NCBI GenBank assembly: GCA_019058315.1
Contig: JAHPZH010000011.1
Coordinates: 1 to 31,445 of the forward strand
DNA from: Candidatus Helarchaeota archaeon
Lineage (GTDB): Archaea > Asgardarchaeota > Lokiarchaeia > Helarchaeales > RDOG01
Length of the DNA stretch: 31,445 nt
Direction: 5' to 3'
In this document: in pieces, positions 26,574-31,445 of the stretch
How positions within the stretch are numbered: the first letter of the stretch is position 1
How the letters are laid out: each line of letters opens with the position of its first letter
Position numbers and translations under genes: made by a program
The notes under the pieces: generated by a model
Database searches by the model: none
What the model saw: the letters and a program-made list of their open reading frames with translations, nothing else
Told to the model about the DNA's origin: nothing

Positions 26574-28709
26574 ATGAGAAATTTTAGAATACTGCTTATA
26601 GGTGTAGAGGATCAACAAATAAATGAATTAAATGATGAAGAAATTATAATAATTAATAATATTCTCGATGCATCACCTTTATATGATTTTGATATTATTT
26701 TTATTAATTCGAATACGTTAAAAATTGAAGGTGACTTAAAAGAACTACGGTCAGAATTTAATTATTTTTTCTCAACAGGAGGAGTAATTGTAATATATCC
26801 AAAACCTTTTTCTACTAGAGAATTCTTTCCTGTAAATTTACCAAAATTTAAAGTTTTAGAAGACAAGGTTGGTAAGGTTATTAAACCTAATGAAAGCCAT
26901 AAATTTTCGTCTATTTTTGAAGAATTTGAATTTGTCTGGACTTGGCATTCAACAGACTCATTTTATAATGATGAAATATTAGCATGGAACAATGCTGGAT
27001 TAATAATTTCTTATAAAAAGAGAAGAGGGAAAAATTCTAAAATTTTAGTTTTTCCTCAATTGAAAAACGAAAAAAGAGACATTAATAAATTTATTCGAAA
27101 TCTAATTGATAAGATTAAAAAGTATTATTTGAAAAGAAGAAGGAAAAAAACAATTGAATTGGCGGAAAATTTAAGATTAGCTCTTGATATACCACAAGAA
27201 TACTTTGAAAAAGGCACTTCGAATCTAATAAGTGCTAAATGGAATTATACCGAGCAAAAAGTGGATACAATAATTCAGAATTCTACACTTTTTTTAATTA
27301 AGAAATTTAATGATGCAAAAAATCAATGCATAACAATGATTAGTAATATTGAAAGACGATTGGCTAATTTACCTATATCCAAAGCACTAAAAGAGATTGA
27401 AGAAGAATATAGTGAGTTATATGATGAAATTAACGAAAAATTATTAATTCCATTAGAAATAAACGCAGATCTATATGAGATTTTAAAACCGTTTGAAATA
27501 AGGGGAGAAGAATTAACAGAATATGAATGGCAATTATTACATAATCTTTTTTATTCCGCTTTCGAACATCCAGATCATGATCTTAGAGTAGCTATAAATG
27601 ATTATAAAAATATACATGAAAGTTTACTAGAAAAACTAATAAAACTTCAAGAAAAAGATATTAAAAAAACACAGCCAACAAAATATCCAGTAAATTATAA
27701 AATAAATACCAAAATAAATCAAAATCATTTCCCCTTTCCTATAAAAATTAAGAGTTATTTACAAAATATTTATTATTACATAAAAAAAGACGAATATTTC
27801 AAACTGCTTAACGTTTTAATTAACCTACCAACAGAAGACCAGAAAAGAATACTCACAATTCTGGTGCTAAATAAGGAAAGCCATACATCCTATGATCTTG
27901 AGTTGGTTGGTGAAAGATTTAATATTTATCTCGATAAAAATAAAGACAGATCACATTTAAAAGATAAAAAATTACATTTAGATTATTATTTTACTCAAAA
28001 AGAAAATATAGAAGTTAAAAATAATGTTCTCGCTTATATTCAGGCAAGATGTAAAGAAAATGAAATAACTTTAGAACTTGATAAAATATCTTTAAAAATT
28101 AAAGAACAAGATATTTTGCAGTTAATTGATACAGAATATGATTCAACAACTGATTCAATCAAGTCACAATTAAATAAATTAGGATTCAAAACTAAAATTG
28201 ATAAAATTTCGGTGAAGAATATTGAGGAGTGGTTTAAGGTTATTTCATTTATCGGGAACGCTCTACACAAATCTTTTGATGTTCCAAATTATTTTCGATT
28301 TCATGCTTCAAAATGGAAAGATGAAGTCAAAGATTTTCATCCGTGGTTATTAGAGAAATTAATAGAAAAATTTGGGCAAAATGCTGTATCCGCTCCTGGA
28401 GTTTCTGGGGGTCATGTTGATTTTAGAGTTTTTAATATTCCTATTGAAGCTAAATTATATAAAAAATCGAATATTAAGAATATTAATCATGTAAAAAACG
28501 ATATTTGGAAATTTCAGAATCAATTAATTCGCGAAGCAGGACATGTAGGTCTAGGTGTGTCAGTTGTTGTAGATGTAAGAAATTCGATAATAAATAATGA
28601 AATACAAGCTACACATTTAGGAGAATGTGTTGATATTAAAGAATTTAATAATACTTTTATTATAATATTCATCTTTCAAGCCTTTTTAGGTACACCCTCA
28701 AAAATTTAA
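26574..28709 (+). CDS. Large hypothetical protein with C-terminal PD-(D/E)xK restriction-endonuclease-like domain
   Basis: DEVKDFHPWL...GGHVDF...IPIEAK...Q motif spacing; helical middle region. Confidence 0.6.
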   Translation: MRNFRILLIGVEDQQINELNDEEIIIINNILDASPLYDFDIIFINSNTLKIEGDLKELRSEFNYFFSTGGVIVIYPKPFSTREFFPVNLPKFKVLEDKVGKVIKPNESHKFSSIFEEFEFVWTWHSTDSFYNDEILAWNNAGLIISYKKRRGKNSKILVFPQLKNEKRDINKFIRNLIDKIKKYYLKRRRKKTIELAENLRLALDIPQEYFEKGTSNLISAKWNYTEQKVDTIIQNSTLFLIKKFNDAKNQCITMISNIERRLANLPISKALKEIEEEYSELYDEINEKLLIPLEINADLYEILKPFEIRGEELTEYEWQLLHNLFYSAFEHPDHDLRVAINDYKNIHESLLEKLIKLQEKDIKKTQPTKYPVNYKINTKINQNHFPFPIKIKSYLQNIYYYIKKDEYFKLLNVLINLPTEDQKRILTILVLNKESHTSYDLELVGERFNIYLDKNKDRSHLKDKKLHLDYYFTQKENIEVKNNVLAYIQARCKENEITLELDKISLKIKEQDILQLIDTEYDSTTDSIKSQLNKLGFKTKIDKISVKNIEEWFKVISFIGNALHKSFDVPNYFRFHASKWKDEVKDFHPWLLEKLIEKFGQNAVSAPGVSGGHVDFRVFNIPIEAKLYKKSNIKNINHVKNDIWKFQNQLIREAGHVGLGVSVVVDVRNSIINNEIQATHLGECVDIKEFNNTFIIIFIFQAFLGTPSKI

Positions 28710-28814
28710 ATATAAAAATATAATGAAAACTAAATTATTTTTGAAGAATAACAAGATTTCATTCTTTTAACTTGAATTTTAATTGGGTCTATAAATGGAT
28801 AGAAATATATAATA

Positions 28815-29531
28815 TCAAGAAATTAATGCATCGAATGGGATTTTTTTAATATCATCTTTACGATTACATAAGATTAATGCTTTTTTAATTTCTTCTACCT
28901 TTTTTAAAAATTCTTGTCTCTCCCTTTTCTTTTTAAGATGCTTAATATAATCAATTATCTGTTGAACTTCCAAAAAAATTATTTCCTCTATTGGAATTCT
29001 TGAGAAAAAATGACTTAATTTCCCTATAAAAGCTTTCTTTGCATCATTATTAATTCTAGCAATCCAACATTTTTCAATATTTTTGAAGATAAAATTATAA
29101 GGTATAATGAATGGATATAGGAAATTCACACGAAATGGTCCTATTTCTTCTGACTCGGGCGGTAACAGCTTTGGGAGATAAAAAAATCTAGTAGGCTCAA
29201 GTATATTGTTTCTTATATATCCAATCATTTTATTTGGTTCACTTTGGCTAATTATTTCTAAAGGAAAAAATATTAGATCGTACTGGGACATAATATCGCA
29301 ATCTTGACTACCTAAAATAGCAGTTGTTGAAGAAATTATTGTTTCTGCTTGAATAGTATTCCCCTTTTCTAAAACTTCGGTCAATATTTCACTAGCCTGA
29401 TCTTTAAGAGGTTTTTCATTATTTTTTGCTGATCTGACCAATATATCAAACGAAAAGTAAGGTAAATGAGTAAAAATATCTCCTTGTTTTATTGGAGAAT
29501 TCTCGTCATATTTATAATCATAAATAGTCAT
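28815..29531 (-). CDS. Conserved hypothetical protein (QGD...SQxCD type, possibly PemK/MazF-like)
   Basis: IKQGDIF, ILGSQDCDI, RFFYLP and HFFSRIP motifs. Confidence 0.55.
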   Translation of the reverse strand: MTIYDYKYDENSPIKQGDIFTHLPYFSFDILVRSAKNNEKPLKDQASEILTEVLEKGNTIQAETIISSTTAILGSQDCDIMSQYDLIFFPLEIISQSEPNKMIGYIRNNILEPTRFFYLPKLLPPESEEIGPFRVNFLYPFIIPYNFIFKNIEKCWIARINNDAKKAFIGKLSHFFSRIPIEEIIFLEVQQIIDYIKHLKKKRERQEFLKKVEEIKKALILCNRKDDIKKIPFDALIS

Positions 29532-29552
29532 TTTTTTTAACCAAACTCACGA

Positions 29553-30113
29553 TCAATTGGATTTTTTAATATTGAAATCTCTTAATCTCCTATTTTTATC
29601 TCTGTTTTCATCTCTTATTGTTAAAAAAATTAGATTTCTTATTCTAAATTTTAGATCTCTATCTTTTTCCACTGCCAAACTCTTATAAATTCCCTCTAAA
29701 AATAGTGAATCAGTCCAGTTGTAGTCACACTCTCCTTCAAGTAATTTATTTTTAATGAATATAATGGTTTTTTCTTGAATTTTGAATCGTTGAATGTTAT
29801 CAAAGGCTCTATATAAATCTCCAAAAGAAAATAATGGTTTTTGGTCAGATTTCTTTTCAAATGTAATTTTAACAAATATATGGAAGAAATCAGCAATTAA
29901 TTCAGGATTCCAGTCGTCTGTAAACTCAGTTATTTTATTGCTTATAAAATTTGGCAAATCAGGTGTAAATTCTAATTGTTTGGGTTCAATTTCAACAAGA
30001 TGCGTCGCTTTTACTGGTTTTTTCTCCCACTCATAAGTCTTTTCGATCCATTCCTCTATTGATTTTGAGAAGTCCGATAATTTTTTTGAACGATCAGAAA
30101 TAGATTCGTTCAT
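29553..30113 (-). CDS. Hypothetical protein, middle gene of the TIGR04255 cassette
   Basis: 186-aa ORF; ATGA overlap with the upstream gene. Confidence 0.65.
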   Translation of the reverse strand: MNESISDRSKKLSDFSKSIEEWIEKTYEWEKKPVKATHLVEIEPKQLEFTPDLPNFISNKITEFTDDWNPELIADFFHIFVKITFEKKSDQKPLFSFGDLYRAFDNIQRFKIQEKTIIFIKNKLLEGECDYNWTDSLFLEGIYKSLAVEKDRDLKFRIRNLIFLTIRDENRDKNRRLRDFNIKKSN

Positions 30114-30871
30114 TCTATTTCAATTCCCAATTTATTTAAATATTCTTCTGTTAGAAATTCAATAAAATAATGTTCGATTAATTTATGTGCATCGTTGAGA
30201 TATCTTTCTAATTCATTTTCCACCACAAGAATATTTACTTCACGATCGATATAACTAGTTTCTAAAATATATTTTAAATCTTCACTACTTTTCTTAACTT
30301 CTGGGAGCGATCTTAGACGAAGAACTAGTTTAGTTTTATTTATTTCATAAGGAAGCACCCCAATAAAGATGTCGTGTGGTAATAAATCCCAATCTTCAGG
30401 ATTTTTAATAGTAACAGTAAAATAATCTTTAAAGTTAAATCTAAGATCATTGGGAATTATAAATTTATCAAAATAAGTTAAATATATGTCCTTAATGTTT
30501 GTTAAGTCTAGACTTTCTTTAAGTACTTTTAAAACTCCAATTAATTCTTTGAGTAAATTCTCCCAAGTGGAATATGTTGTATATGTAAAAGTTATGTGTT
30601 CTCTTCCAATATCTAATAATTTTTTTCCATCCTTATCTGAGAATCTTAAATAACCAAGCGAGGGTATATCTACTGTTTGCCCCCGTTTTAATATAGGTAG
30701 AAGAGCTAAGTTAGGTTCATGTTCATATGGTATTTGAATATTTTTTGCCAATACTGCTGCTTTAGTAAGACTTAGTTCGAAATTTTTATAAAAAATTAAT
30801 TGCAAAGCAACCCTGTCTAACGGAGGAGTTTTCGTTATTCTTTTTATTTTCTTCATAAATATAAAATTCAT
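30110..30871 (-). CDS. TIGR04255 family protein
   Basis: PPLDRVALQLIF, YSTWE, I.L.Y.DKF and AH..I...F pattern; the start may be the ATG at 30856. Confidence 0.75.
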   Translation of the reverse strand: MNFIFMKKIKRITKTPPLDRVALQLIFYKNFELSLTKAAVLAKNIQIPYEHEPNLALLPILKRGQTVDIPSLGYLRFSDKDGKKLLDIGREHITFTYTTYSTWENLLKELIGVLKVLKESLDLTNIKDIYLTYFDKFIIPNDLRFNFKDYFTVTIKNPEDWDLLPHDIFIGVLPYEINKTKLVLRLRSLPEVKKSSEDLKYILETSYIDREVNILVVENELERYLNDAHKLIEHYFIEFLTEEYLNKLGIEIE

Positions 30872-31007
30872 TTCTAAAATTTATTTATTTTTTCTTTTCA
30901 TTATTCTCTCATATTTCTCCTTTTTGTGTATTATATTATGAGGTAACTAAAAAAAGGTTCCAGTGACTAAAAAAAATTCCAAAAATATAAGATCAATAAA
31001 ATGAGAA

Positions 31008-31445
31008 TTATTTCATGGGACGAAATTTATCTAATAACTCCCAAAATTTGGGTAATTTTTTAATATTGTCTAAATCCTTATCCCTTAAAATATATTCTCT
31101 TGAGGGACTTTTTTCATTTTTTAAAGTCTTTTCGAGATAATCAAGGGATTTTTTTATTTTTTCCTCTATTGAAAAAATGCAAGTTATGTTATAAAGTGCT
31201 TCGTAGTCATCGGATTTTATTTCAAGAATCTTGTTATATTTTTCAAAGGATGCTTTGAATAACTCCTCCGCTTCGACACCATCCTTGGTTCTTGCAAGCT
31301 CCATTAGGGCAGTTCCCCAGTTAAAAAGTGCATTTTGTTGGTCTGGTTTTATTTCTAGAGCTTTTTTATATTTTTCAAAGGATGCCCTGAATAACTCTTC
31401 CGCCTCGACACCAACCTTGATTCTTGCAAGCTCCATTAGGGCATT
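31008..31445 (-). CDS. TPR-repeat protein, C-terminal part (5' truncated by the window edge)
   Basis: Frame stays open to 31445. 44-aa repeats (ALMELAR...FEKY.K.LEIK.D...AL.NWG) and a terminal YNxxC...DxDL TPR cap. Confidence 0.85.
   Translation of the reverse strand, partial: NALMELARIKVGVEAEELFRASFEKYKKALEIKPDQQNALFNWGTALMELARTKDGVEAEELFKASFEKYNKILEIKSDDYEALYNITCIFSIEEKIKKSLDYLEKTLKNEKSPSREYILRDKDLDNIKKLPKFWELLDKFRPMK
31195..31445 (-). repeat. 132-bp tandem coding repeat (about 2 copies visible)
   Basis: GCCCTAATGGAGCTTGCAAGAA occurs with its ATG at 31436 and again at 31304, exactly 132 nt apart. Confidence 0.9.

Noticed and set aside
1877-30036. Shadow ORFs (1877, 2540, 4345, 7308, 7689, 8180, 11628, 15762, 19242, 20657, 21469, 24125, 24383, 28040, 29696, 29794)
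   Set aside because: Antisense or out-of-frame overlaps of better-supported genes, with no recognisable motifs.

Overview
AT-rich archaeal contig, most likely an Asgard archaeon of the Helarchaeales type. This is inferred from an archaeal 16S rRNA gene, eukaryotic-signature genes (7TM-longin fusion, Rab-like GTPase, IFT52/GIFT-like protein) and a coenzyme F430 biosynthesis cluster on one molecule. Layout: (1) 5' part of the 16S rRNA gene (minus strand, cut by the window edge) with a structured leader. (2) Membrane/housekeeping genes including DUF47 and endA. (3) A block with a QueG/RdhA-like Fe-S protein, an SCP2-like zinc-ribbon protein, a PqqD/RRE protein and, directly upstream of the RRE, a 36-aa YxxPxI-leader peptide missing from the ORF track. 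This candidate RiPP precursor is the strongest novelty here. (4) Flavin/Rieske redox genes. (5) hemD-apgM-cfbE-cfbD-cfbC-cfbB plus an MJ0865/MgmA-like B12 radical SAM gene; cfbB needs a non-canonical CTG (or ATA) start and cfbA is absent. (6) Tandem TauE/SafE transporters. (7) GIFT-domain protein, Rab-like GTPase and three probably paralogous coiled-coil proteins. (8) A defence-like accessory region (PIN-like, PD-(D/E)xK, TIGR04255 three-gene cassette, truncated TPR gene). All family calls come from motifs recognised by eye; no searches were run.
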